Assembly (NCBI GenBank): GCA_951406725.2
Contig: OX597827.1
Location: 24,118,001-24,182,000 of the forward strand
DNA from: Octopus vulgaris
Taxonomy: Eukaryota
Direction: 5' to 3'
DNA: 64,000 nt
Positions 38,297 to 50,496 of the stretch are shown here, piece by piece. Position 1 is the stretch's first letter. Each line of letters opens with the position of its first letter. The translations under genes and the position numbers were made by a program. Under the pieces are notes generated by a model. It was not told the origin of the DNA and did not search any database. It was given only the letters and a program-made list of their open reading frames with translations.

Positions 38297-40480
38297 TGTA
38301 GTGAAAGAACTGGAAGCGACAAGAGATGACGTCACGTCTACGAGTGAGAAGAAAAGTTTTTTTCCTGGAGACGCGAGCAGTGACAGACGCCAGTCGGGAA
38401 GATGGAGAAGTCATGTGACAACGCGTGTGAAGACTTGATAAATCTACTGGCGGTACCCTATTGCAAGTCAAGGTGAGAACAATTTTATTTATGTACCTTC
38501 AAACTACAAGCTATTTTGGCACATTACCAGCTGTGAGGATACGTCCGAGAAGTAGATATTTTATTTATTTATTTTTTCTGGTTTTTCCTTTGTAATGGCC
38601 ACAAAAGTCAGAATCAGAAATAATGTGTTGAGACCGTTCACTAGGAAAGATGTGGAGCCTGGATAAAGAAGGTGAGATTAGTGGGGAAGCTGCAGGGAAT
38701 AAAAAATGTGGCAAGCCTTATTCTGTTGTATTTAGAAGGTGGTACAGTGGTGTCAGTGATCACCAACTGGAATAGGATTTGCATAAAAGAGGCTGCTGAA
38801 ATGGTGATCAAATGTCATCTAGGAATCCTGGGGGAGCTAGCTGCCGAGTTTGCCCTGGAACTGCATGTGGTGTTCTTGTCCTCGGAAAAGAATAAGGTGG
38901 GAGTTCTAACCAGAGTGAAAAAAGCATTCATTGGAAACACTAGCGGATGTTCTGGGTTGGGTGGCGGTGATTTGTCGGTTTGAGGGCACAGAACTAAAGA
39001 AGCTGCACAATATGTGCCATATGGGGATTGATGTAACAATACTTTTTGCTCGAATGGTCGACCCCGATGTTGCCAGGGGAAGCGTTTAGAAGATAGTGGG
39101 GGAACTGTAACAGGTGCCCATCGATTGATCCTGCCCCTGAACACATGCGAACCAGGAAAGATTCAGGTAGTGGAAGAAGCTAGCCATTGATGTAACGCAC
39201 TATCAGGGAAAGGTGTACCTTTCAGTGGTTGACTGTGGACTGGGGTGAATGGCTATATGGAGAGAAATTGGGGTGCAGACTGCTGCTGAGGTCACAGAGG
39301 TGCAGAATGCGATGTCTTTGGAAAGGGGGCCGGATCTTTACCTTTTGACCGACAGATTTGAAAAATAATTTTTTGTGGTAGAATGTGTCATATTAAACAT
39401 CTTTTACTCTTAGCATTTTGGAGCAAAAACTTATATTTACGAAGTTATTTCATGTTAAAGTTGTCCTATTTCGGTAATTTCAACCAATCAATGACCTGTA
39501 TTCAGCTGAATAAAATTACTGTTGTTGTTTGTCAACAAGAACTTCCGGCGGTGTATACTTTGTTTGTCACTGTTATTTATGACAACCCTAACAGCTTAAA
39601 GCTAAAACCAGTACAAACGCATGAACGATGTCATAAATAATTGTGACAAATGAAATATACATCGCCAATAGTTGTTGTTGACAAACAACGGCAATAATTT
39701 TATTCAGCTGAATACACATCATTGATTGGTTGAAATTAACGAAATTGGACTACTTTAACGTAAAATTACTTTGTAAATTTAAGTTTTTCTCAAAAATGCT
39801 AAGACTAAAAGATGTTTTATATGATACATTCTAGCAGTGTCCGAAGTTTGAAAGTGTTTAGTTACAAAAAACTATTTTTTAAATCTGTCGGTCAAAAGGT
39901 AAAGATCCAGGGGGCTGTAGGCGAGCTATTGATGGATAACAGCACAAGTTTTCGCTCAGAACAGCTGAGAGAGATGTTTGGAAAATGGAGCACAAGATGC
40001 TTTTTCAGAGCTGCATATAGGCCGGGTGGAAACGGGATTGTGGAACAGCGCCACTATGATTAAAGCCATAGCTGAGAGGAAACAAATCTTCCCCTATGGA
40101 GGCAGTCTTGTATAATATGTCACCCAGGGTAGGGCAAGCCAAAGAGTCGGTCCTGCACAGGGCCATATTCCAATACAAATGGAGACACCTGAGTGTGGTG
40201 CGGCAGCAGCTAGAGGTGGAAGGGATTACCTTCTGTGCAAGTTGGAGATGAAGTGTGCATAAAGCCCCTGAATGCTCTCTGCACAATACAGTGGGAAGAA
40301 GGAAAGGTGACCGCAAATGGTACTTTGGATAATGTATCAGTGGATGGGATGCCGCATCACATCTTGGATATTTGAAGGGTGATTAGCTCTTCGAATCACA
40401 AAGGGGAAGGTGACCCCGAGACCGTATGGAGATCTCTAAGGGAATGTCATCCTCCCAGTTAGATTGTGGGGGAGAGAGAA
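38297..40480 (+). mobile_element. Internally deleted Gypsy-like LTR retrotransposon relic
   Basis: Gag start near 38595 (WIKKVRLVGKLQGI..VASLI.LYLEG), RNase H end (SEKNK), integrase LAIDVTHY..LLMDN..YRPGGNGIVE, and a purine tract near 40466. Confidence 0.75.
39332..39908. mobile_element. Fold-back MITE (Merlin-like) inserted in the Gypsy integrase
   Basis: TIR GGATCTTTACCTTTTGACCGACAGATTT; TSD AGGGGGCC/AGGGGGCT; arms related to 36622-37408. Confidence 0.9.
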
Positions 40481-41584
40481 GAAATTTTCAGAAATTTTTC
40501 ATGAAATGTCCCTACCTCCTCATCATTTTGAAGTATTTAGTGGAAAAAAAAAATTGAAAAATCCCCATCAAAACAGAGTAAATCCAAGTTACGTGAACAA
40601 AGTTTCAAGGCCTGTGCCAAAATATTCTTTTAATGTTTCCACCTGTAATAGCTTTCTAAATTTATTTTCTATGAACACACATGGCTGCATGGTTAAGGTT
40701 GCTTTGCAACCACAGAGTTACAGGTTCAGTCCCACTGTGTGGCACTTAGTGCATGTCTTCCAACATAGTCTTATTGATTTATGCTCTATGACTGGAATTC
40801 GGTACATAGAAACTGGAGTGGGTGCATGGTAATTTAAATGTCTTTAAGATTTTTGCATGACTACAAAAATTGGTTAAATCACTCATTTTATAAAACAAAT
40901 AAGAGTAATGGGATTTGAACAAATTGACTCAATCACCCTTGAAGATTGCTCCAGCATGGCAGTGAACTGTATATTAAAAAATGTCGAAATAATTTGCAGA
41001 ATTATTCTTGAGTAACATTTTTTAGTTTCACATGAAATTGCCACCTGCCTTAGCACATTTCTCCACTTCACGAGGGTAGTTTTCATATTGTTGCTTGATC
41101 TGCTAAAAATATCATGCTAATTCCCACAAACCATACTATTCCATCCTAAAAATTGACCCACTGAGTAACTTGCTTCCCAACCTTATGACTTAGGGTTCAG
41201 TCACACCTTGCCTGCAACATATTATAACTTGTAATTACTAATATTGGCAGAATCATTAACATGCCAGGCGAAATGCTTAGCGGTTTTTCGTCTGTCTTCA
41301 TGTTCTGAGTTCAAATTCCGCTGAAGTCAACTTTGCCTTTCATCTCTTCAGGGTCAATAAATTAAGTACCATTGTGTACTGGGGTCAATCTAATCGACTG
41401 GCCCCCTCCCCCCAAAATTTTGGGCCTTGTTCCTGTGTAGAAAAGAATATTGGAAGGAATGTGAATACTGCTGCAATTGACTGTCAGCCTTTGTCTACTT
41501 GGCAGTCCCTTGTGTTTGTTTTAGGGCAGTGAAGACCTAAATTCTTAGCTGCATTGTCATTGTAAATGTTATTTTCTCTTGCAG

Positions 41585-41854
41585 ATGCTCCCTGCTGTAA
41601 AGCATGGTCTGTATGTTTTGTTGCTACTCTTTGCACAAGAGGGAGTGAATCCTGGTCATACAGCCTTACCTGAACCACCCAGTTTGCTGTGTTACCAGGA
41701 TATGTTGCTTAACAAACAAGTGTGCCGACCTGCTTGTCTTACTGGTTATTTTGCTGTTGCTGGGATGAACTCTTGTCATCAATGGCTCACGTGCGAAGAC
41801 TTTGATACCAACATTACCATTGGACGCAAGATTGCTAGTGGCCTTGGAAAAATG
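41585..41854 (+). CDS. POMK: Protein O-mannose kinase, coding exon 1
   Basis: ttgcag|ATG MLPAVKHGLYVLLLLF...CLTGYF..GMNSCHQWLTCE...IASGLGKM|gtaaat; matches the POMK C..G.F..GM..C..WL.CE motif; 270 bp, phase 0. Confidence 0.88.
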
Positions 41855-44570
41855 GTAAATAACATTCTGAAATATTTCATTGATGTCTTGTAGCTAAGAG
41901 GACAGAGGTGAAAGTTTCTGGATTGTAGGGTTCAGCTGCATTCTAGGTTTAAAGCACTCTTTCATAGGTAAGTCTTAGATGTCCCAGTTGTATCACTCTT
42001 TTGTAATTTTATGAAAACAGTCTCGCAGCTAAGTCGCCTTTGTAGTGAAGATTATCAGCTAGTGACACACAAAAAGGCTTTAGGAATGGATGTTGTCTAA
42101 ATATTCCTGATCTTACCTGTTAGTATTTGATATATTGAAAAAAATCTGTTGGTCTACTACACGATTATATATTTTTTTTACTGATACTTTGAGTCTCAAT
42201 GACTAGTGAGGTTAAGTTACAGGACAAACTGGCCTCAGAAGTTCATACTTTACTACAACACATTCTTCTCGTTCCTGTTACTAAAGTACATAACTCTGCT
42301 TATTTGATTCTGTGCAAAAGAGGTCCATGGGTACCCCTCCCTTATCTCTCTACAATGTAGCCAATGTTCATCCACTAAAATTCTATATTTTGTGGCACTC
42401 TGTCAGTTATGACAACAAGGGTTCCAGTCAATCCAATCAACGGAACGGCTTGCTTGTGAAATTAACGTGCAAGTGCCTGAGCACTCTACAGACACGTGTA
42501 CCCTTAACGTAATTCTTGGAAAAATTCAGTGTGACAAGGCTAGCCCTTTGAAATACAGGTGCAACAGAAACAGGAAGAAAGAGTGAGAGAAAGGGGTTGC
42601 CATCACCCAATTCTGGAGCCTCATGGAGCTTTGCGCTCAATAAACACTCACAATGCCTGGCCTGAGAATCAAAACTGCAATCCTACGGCTGAGTTTACTG
42701 TCTTAACCACTGGGCCATTGCGCCTCCATGCTAAAATTCTATAGATCTAAGTTGTTCCAAGATTTGGCTCACAGCCTGCTAAATATGAAGCTCATTCTCC
42801 ACTTCACATAGACATTTGCTCTCCAACATCCTCTTTTTTTTTCTCCAAGTCTGACTTCATCTTTATATATCGATCGATTACTGTGGTACTTTTCATCTGG
42901 CTGGAATCTTGTTCTGTCCACAGATCTGGTCTGCAGCTTGCAGTAGGTCGTCTTCACCTGGTGACCAATGAAGTCAATGGTTTGATCTCACTCTGGCTTC
43001 TTGAGCAAATGTTTTTAGCATAACCTCAGGTCAGCCAAGCCTTGTGAGTGAAATTTATGTTGACAAACTAATTGAAAGATGACCCAGCTTTGTCACTGTG
43101 GAGCACTTGCCTACTTAATGCACTGATTCACTGAGTTTGCTGTTAATGGGAGAGTTGAGCCAAAACTTGTACATTTGAACAGAAATACCTTGTATCAAGT
43201 TGACTCCCCTTACAACCATAGCCTCTCTGTATTTTGTATCTTACAATGCGAGATAAAGTAACGGTGCCAATATAATTAGCTAAAATACTCCAGCATAGCC
43301 ACAAACCAATAACTGACACCCGTAAAAAGTGTTTTTGCACCATGCTGGCTGCATGCAGTAAGCACCATTCATGCATGGGTCATTGCCAGTGCTGGTGACA
43401 TGTAAAAAGCACCCTCCGAATGTGGTCAATGCCGGTGGCACATACAAAGCACCCACTACACACTTGGAGTGGTTGGTGTTAGGAAAGGCATCCAGCTGTA
43501 GAAACATTGCCAGATCAGATTGGAGCCTGCTGTGGCCTCTTCGTTTTCCAGACCCCAGTCAAACCGTCCAACCCATGCCAGCATGGAAAACGGACGTTAA
43601 ACGATGATGATGATGAACTCAGAATGTATCAGAAAACCTATGATTAATTAGGAACAGTTAAACTAATTTTAAGCCTTTCCTCAGCCATGAAGTATTTTTG
43701 TCAATTATGTTACACGCCAATCTTTTATCAGTTATTTCCCTTCAGTGAGTTTAATCCATCGAAGGCATTTACATTGGTACAAAACCACACTCAGATCTCT
43801 CAAAATTCATTCATCAATCATTGATCACCCGGAGGCTAGAGAAGATAACCCTTATTTGTTCATTTTCAACTTCCTATAATATGCCTATAAGTTTTTGTAA
43901 TTGTTTTTTGTTGTAATCCCCTCCTATTTATTACTCTTATGGCCTTAAAAGAAATTATCATTTCTTTTGACTGTTGGTAGAATACTTCTTAGTGATGTTG
44001 TAAGTTGGGCTAAATATTTAGCTGCATTTCATGTCTTCACGTGGTTTCAGATTCTACGGAAGTCAACTTTGCCTTTTATCCTTTCAGGGTCAATGTAATT
44101 GACCTACCCTTATCATCATCGTTTAACGTCCGTTTTCCAATCTAGCATGGGTTTGACATTTCGACCGGGATCTGGGAAGCCAGGAGGCTGCACCAGGCTC
44201 CAGTCTGATCTGGCAGTGTTTCTACAGCTGGATGCCCTTCTTAACACCAACCACTCCATGAGTGTAGTGGGTGTCTTTTATGTGCCACCAGCATAGGGGC
44301 CAGAGCAGGCTGGCAAACGGCCACGATCGGTTGGCGCTTTTACGTGTCACCTCCCCCGAAATTACTGGCCTTGTGCTGGAATTTGAAACCCATATTGTCA
44401 GTGAGAAAGAAGTAACCTCATACAACTGTATTGATAGGATTCTCCCATTTCTCCATCCATTCTGTCTCCCCCCCCACATACACACCCAATATCTACCTTT
44501 GTCTCCTTTGCAAACTGCTTTCATTTACTTCATAGTTCTAATTCAGTTTTGTCTTTTTGCCTTCCTCCAG

Positions 44571-45332
44571 GTGTATGAGGCTCACTGGCAGAACCAAACC
44601 TTTGTTATGAACAAAGCTACCAAAGACAACAAATATTGGTCTGATTTTCACCATGGTTTGACCATGATTACAGCATTCCAGCCTCACCCTCATATAATCC
44701 AACTGGTTGGCCATTGTAACAAAAGATATTTAACAGAGTTCCATCCACTGATGTCTGCTGACCATCTCTTTGATCATCTTAAATCCAAAGAACACACACT
44801 ACATGATACCATTGAACTGCGTTACCAACTGTGCATGGATTATGTAAATATCCTCGCCTATCTTCACTCCAGTCCACGTGGCACACGAGTGATGTGTGAT
44901 TCCAATGATCTGACCAAAACCCTCAGTCAATTCTTGCTGCGTTCTGACCTCCGACTGATCCTTAATGACCTTGATGCTCTACCTGAAGTGAATCGCTCAA
45001 AGAATCAGTTCATCAAGTGTGGTCACCGAGAAATTGGTGGAGAGTTTGTTGCTCCTGAGCAGTTGTGGCCTTATCTGGAAAGGCCGTTTGTTGACGCTGA
45101 CATGCCATCGTATGATGAGAAATCTGATATTTGGAAGATACCCAGTGTGTGTAGTTATGTGTTGGGGTCATCTTCAGATGCTGTGTTACTGAAGTTGCAC
45201 CTGTTGCATATACACAGCAGGTGTCAGTATGAGGAACCAGAACTGCGTCCGACAGCCAAGGAGGTGGCAGAAGAATATGAAAGAATTTGGAAGGTATTTA
45301 CATCAAGGAAGGGGCAGAGATCTGAACTGTAA
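44571..45332 (+). CDS. POMK: Protein O-mannose kinase, last coding exon
   Basis: ctccag|VYEAHW...LTEFHP...YLHSSPRGTRVMCDSNDLTKTLSQFLL...NDLDALP...KCGHRE..G.FVAPEQLWP...YDEKSDIWKIP; diagnostic POMK/SGK196 motifs. Spliced total is 343 aa. Confidence 0.96.
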   Translation: MYEAHWQNQTFVMNKATKDNKYWSDFHHGLTMITAFQPHPHIIQLVGHCNKRYLTEFHPLMSADHLFDHLKSKEHTLHDTIELRYQLCMDYVNILAYLHSSPRGTRVMCDSNDLTKTLSQFLLRSDLRLILNDLDALPEVNRSKNQFIKCGHREIGGEFVAPEQLWPYLERPFVDADMPSYDEKSDIWKIPSVCSYVLGSSSDAVLLKLHLLHIHSRCQYEEPELRPTAKEVAEEYERIWKVFTSRKGQRSEL

Positions 45333-47555
45333 CTATTTTCTTGAGGGCAATCCAATCTATATATAGTTGCTCAGTCAGCTAGAAATAACAGCCAAACCTC
45401 TCAAATTACACACTATCATCTTGGAAGGCTGCATTGGATGATTAGTCTAATTAAAGAAAGCGATGGAATGGTCACAGCTGGAACATCTTTCATCATAGGT
45501 CTGCTGGATTATAGCTGACCTTGGCTAAACATTTGTCACCACCAAAATATTTATTCACACGTGCACACACGTTTATGTATGCCCAAACAAGTCTAAACAT
45601 ACATACACACACACATCATTTTAACGTCTGCTTTTCCAGAATTGCATGGATTGGACAAAACTTGAAACAGAATTTTTAACAACTGGATGCTTTTCCTGGT
45701 GCCAACCTTCACCTGCTTCCAAGTAAAGTAATAATCCCTCGATCTATCGAACAATTAATAACCTGGACATGTTTTCATGGAGTACTGCAAACAAATGACA
45801 CCAGTTTGAACAGGCAAGGCTTTTGTTTACAATTGGTGCTGATATCAGGACAATGGAGAATGTTAACTGTCATATACACATCATAGATATATATATATCA
45901 CCATGACTGACCAGGCTATCAGATGTTGCTACACATCGCTGGTCACAATGCGCTTCGCATTGTTTTAGCCTTCAAATGACGCCATCCCACTGGCTAAGCA
46001 AGCAGGCCAACAGAAGAAAGAGTGAGAGAAAGTTGTGGTGAAAGAGTACAGCAGGGATCGCCACCACCCCCTGCTGGAGCCTTGTGGAGCTTTAGGTGTT
46101 TCGCTCAATAAACACTCACAACGCCTGGTCTGGAAATCAAAACTGCGAGTCCACTGCCCTAACCACTGGGCCGTTGCGCCTCCACACACACACATAACGG
46201 ACTTCTTCCATTTCCTGTGTAACCATTTCACTCACAAGATATTAAAGCTGTAGTTTGTAGTAGAGGACTCTTGGAACCAGACCATCACAAAGTTAACTTC
46301 TTCATCTCACATGCATCCATTGGTACATAAATCATTAGCAGCAAGAAATGCATTTAGCTGAAAAGAAAAAAAACTTGCCTCCAAACACCTCCCTGTTCAA
46401 CTCATAGAAAAAGAGAACCTTAAATGAACAAATGGGTAATATATATATATATATAAAATATCTGCTTGTAAACCCATGTTTGAGAACATAATGGTGGAAG
46501 ATGTCTTTTCTGTATTTTGTGACTTTTACCTGCTTTGGACTTCTTCCATTGTCGACACCAAATATTATTGGTGTGAAAGAGGTAATCCCTTTGCTTTACA
46601 TTTACATTTTTTTTTTTTCCCCTTTTCTTTTCACTTCATACTTCAGCTGTTGCCATCTCTTGTTTGCAGATGTTATCTCTATAGTATTGGCATTTGTTTG
46701 CATGTGAATTTCTTAACCACCATCTAGCTTTTTTTTTTTTTTTTTTTAATGGTCTTGAAGCTGTATGTGGATTTATTAATTGCAGTAAAGTCTGCAATTT
46801 AACATAATGTCTTATGTTAAATGAATTCAAGGTGGATAATAATTAAAGAATTCAGAGGCAGGTTGCAATAGAGCACAAGGAAATGTTTATTACAGCTGAT
46901 AAAAATTTGATAAAGCAAACTGGTAAGACACTTCAATTGTTAAAATATCTTGATTTAAATGTTCATCAAAATGTTGATATAAAGGTTAGAGAAAAACCTT
47001 AAATATAGCATCACAATAATGCTGGTAGGATGCTGGGTAGTTAAAAGTAAAATGCTACTTTGTGGGCAGCTAAAGTTCAAGAGCACTCATGAAGTACCAG
47101 CATTAACAAAGCACTAGGGTCAGTTCAACTGAAAATTCAAGGCAGTGTCCCAGCATGGCCACAGTTTATTGACTGAATCAAGTAAATAAGAAAAAATAAA
47201 ATGGGAATTTCATAACCCTTTGTCTGAATTACACATTCCCCTTAATATTTTGTATATAAATATATATATAAAAGAACATTATTGTTCATAAGAATGTTAG
47301 TGGCCTCAAGCATAAAGCCATATGTTTTTTTTTTTTTTTTAATGCATTATATAAAGCTGATGGTAGTTAAATTATACAACCCTTAAACAAGTGCTCAATT
47401 TTATTTAAAGGCCTCACAACTGTTGAAATATAATTCCTAATGAATAATCAACCTTTTTTTTTTTTTTTTTATTAAACTCTGGCAGTGGTCTGAAATAGAA
47501 GTTGGATAGTGGGGAGCATTTTGTGTAAAAATAATTTTTGAAAATGTGCATTGAT

Positions 47556-47763
47556 AATCCTGTCCAACTTGGTGGGCAGGATGTTGTAGAGATAGACAAA
47601 TCAAAGTTTATGCATCACGAATATCACAGGTCATTATAAGCCAAGCCACTGGGTTCTTGGAATAGTGGAGTGCAGGATGTTAAGATGTGTGTTAGTTCCT
47701 GTCCCAGACCGAAGCGCAGCGACACTGCTGCTGCCAGGGACGAAGATTATAACCATTTGCTGG
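47556..47763 (+). pseudogene. Merlin/IS1595-family DDE transposase relic
   Basis: NPVQLGGQDVVEIDKSKFMH..YHR, frameshift, WVLGIVE..CVLVPVPDRSAATLLLPGTKIIT.CW; typical Merlin (ISXO2-like) motif order. Confidence 0.75.
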
Positions 47764-48496
47764 TTATAATCTTCTCCATCAACACTAAATTTTAGTCATT
47801 TCTACACAGTACTCCAATGTGAAAACCATTTCATTAGCGGGGAAAATTAAATAATTTTTGAAACACACAGCAGAAATTTACCCTGATTTAAGCAAGTATA
47901 TAAACATTACAATACCAGCTTAAATCAGTATGGAGTGATTTATTTCCATGGACTGAAAAAATTTTTTTTAATGGTTTCTCCCATTGCATAGTGCAAAAAA
48001 GAAAAAAACATGAAAAATCAGTTGAGGGCCAGGATGGAGGGGTGAAAAAGATTTTTAAAAATCTTTTTTTTATCATAAAAAGCTTCCCCCATGTATGTGG
48101 TGAGAAAAAAAAATTTTGAAAATCCAACTTACGTGGGTAACTTATTTCAGACCTCTTCCTATATGCTATATGATGTTATATTTTTGTTTCACAATTGTAG
48201 TATATACTTTAGTTAGGTGGTGTAATGTCCCTGTCTCTCATAGAAATAGCAGAACACTTTTATATTATACTTTTGCTGTGTCTGGCACCCCCCTCCTTCA
48301 TTTTTATAGGTTCTGTACACTAAACATTTGATCTAGTTTTATGAAAAGCACTTCATTTGGGTTAAAATAGTCTTTATTATTGAATGTTGACTGATAAGTG
48401 AGTTCTCTTGAAAATCCTAAAAATAGATGTATATATAAAACACTCCCTCCCAGCATGCACATAAATTGGGTAGTTTTGAAGATGTTTCAAATTGTT

Positions 48497-48723
48497 TTAA
48501 CCCTTTAGTGTTCAGATTATTCAATCAAACATAATGCTTATTGATTCCCATTGATTTGAATTAATCATGCATTATCTCATATCTTTAAGATCTTGATGGT
48601 GTAATTACTTAATGTAGAATAACATTGTAGGGTAGGTGTGAGAGCCTGGATCTGGTCAGTTTGAACATAAAACAGATTAAATATTTCGGCCGGATATGGC
48701 CGGTTTAAATACTAAAGGGTTAA
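48497..48723. mobile_element. piggyBac-type MITE
   Basis: TTAA|CCCTTTAGTGTT ... AATACTAAAGGG|TTAA. Confidence 0.75.
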
Positions 48724-49367
48724 GGGGCCATAGTTTATCTATACTTAATGGGTTTTTTTATCCATAAATTTGTTCGGTAGAGTTCTGATGTAAGCATGTA
48801 CTAAAACCCCTCAAAACTTTATTTTTATGAATTTTCACAATTTTTTTCGATTCTGGATAAAGGAATTAATACAATTATGCAATGAAAAATTATTTTTTTT
48901 TAAAGTTGTTACAGATTATTAAACAAGTTAAACAGGTTGGGAAGAATTGCAGAAAGATTAAATATTTTATATAGTTAATTTCTATACATTCATACGTATA
49001 TTATTTTTCTAGCTAATTCTTAGGCTTAAACAATGAAACACGACAACCAAAATAGGTGTCGGACTTTTAAAGAGTATTTCTCATGGTAACAACCATTCCT
49101 CTGGATTTGAGTGACGTGGATTCATTTAGACAACCACAGACACTAAAGTTTTCTCCCAAATCTAGGGTTTTTGTAACTGCTCATCTTGACTTTTAAGAAT
49201 TGAAATTGCATAAAAATATTCTTTAATTTTCAGAATTCCTATATGAGCAGTTATTTCAACCAATGGGAAATCTACAATCATATTTCCTCGGTTACACGAC
49301 ATTACGTCATATTGCCGGCTGTTATGAATTGGCTTGTAGTGACGTGCGCAACTTCTCCAAAGCTAGT

Positions 49368-50061
49368 TTAAATGTTTAAAGGTGCATGGCTGTATGCACT
49401 TGTGTGCTTTGTCTCCAAATTTGGAGTGGTACCAACACAGTCCGGACTTTGACTGTGAGGAACAACTACGACTACGCGATCTTGAGAAACGCTTGCCATC
49501 GCGTCCATCCTTTTGGTAAGAATTTCAATTTCTTTAGAAAAGCCATCAATTGAGTCTGCAGAAGATACCTCGGAGCAGAGGCAAGCAGCATATGACAATG
49601 GCTGCATGGAGAATTCAACAATTTTAGCAGCCATGGTGGCTATTTGGTCCACAGTATTTGATTCAAATGTTGTGGCCAAAATTGTTTGTATATTGGAAGG
49701 CAACCTTGAAAAAAATATCTTCCGAAGTAGAGGAGCGTCAGAGGATTTACCGCTTAACTCTCTCAAACGGCCCAAAAATTGTGACGGTGTTCTATCCCCC
49801 AACTCCTCATCTGCCATTAGCTCATTAAATCTACTTTCCTCACTTCTTGTATTTCTACGTAAAATTTCTGCCTTCACAGGCATCTGGACTAGGATCTGTA
49901 ACGAGATCTCTAGCAGTAATTGCGAGTTGCGGAAGCATGCAGCTATAAAGAAGTTGCAATTGTTTCTCAGAAGAAATACTACGAGCTGAAAAATGTGCCT
50001 CTAGTTGCGCAAGCCAAAGTGTTGCATCTCCAGTGAAAACAGGTAACGATGCAAAAGACAT
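49368..50061 (-). pseudogene. Frameshifted Gypsy-type gag
   Basis: LPVFTGDATLWLAQLEAHF, EELGDRTPSQFL.RLREL, LLRKIFFSRLP, and in another frame CWYHSKFGDKAHKCIQPC. Confidence 0.8.
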
Positions 50062-50496
50062 TTTGTTTCTATTTTACTAGATGATCCTGTCAAAGGAAGG
50101 GAAAAAACGAATGAAAGTAGAAACCGACGAAAGAGGAACAAAACTGAATTGAAATTAAAAAAGAAGAAAAACCAGCAATTGAACCAACAAATGTTTGTAT
50201 GTGAGTGCTAGCAGAGTTGAGTGTGTGAGTGCATGCAACAAGTGTTTGTGTCTGTGTGTTCTTGTGTGTGACATACAAATAAGGTGAATGCATATAACAC
50301 AGAAATACAGAGCATAAATGAAAGTCTCAGCTTAGAGTTAAAGATGGAATTTGGATTACCAGTTCATAAGTTACACGATATGCAAGAGTTCTATAGCAAG
50401 ATGTTGTGTCTCAAGGTGGAAACTTTTTTGGGCGAATATGTCATGCCGCGGTTGTAGCCTCAACTTCCTCCTCTTTGTTCTCTGGCTATCGTGCAT

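Noticed and set aside
44271-44570. N-terminal 100 codons of the 353-aa ORF
   Set aside because: Intronic read-through from a SINE. POMK similarity starts after the acceptor at 44570.
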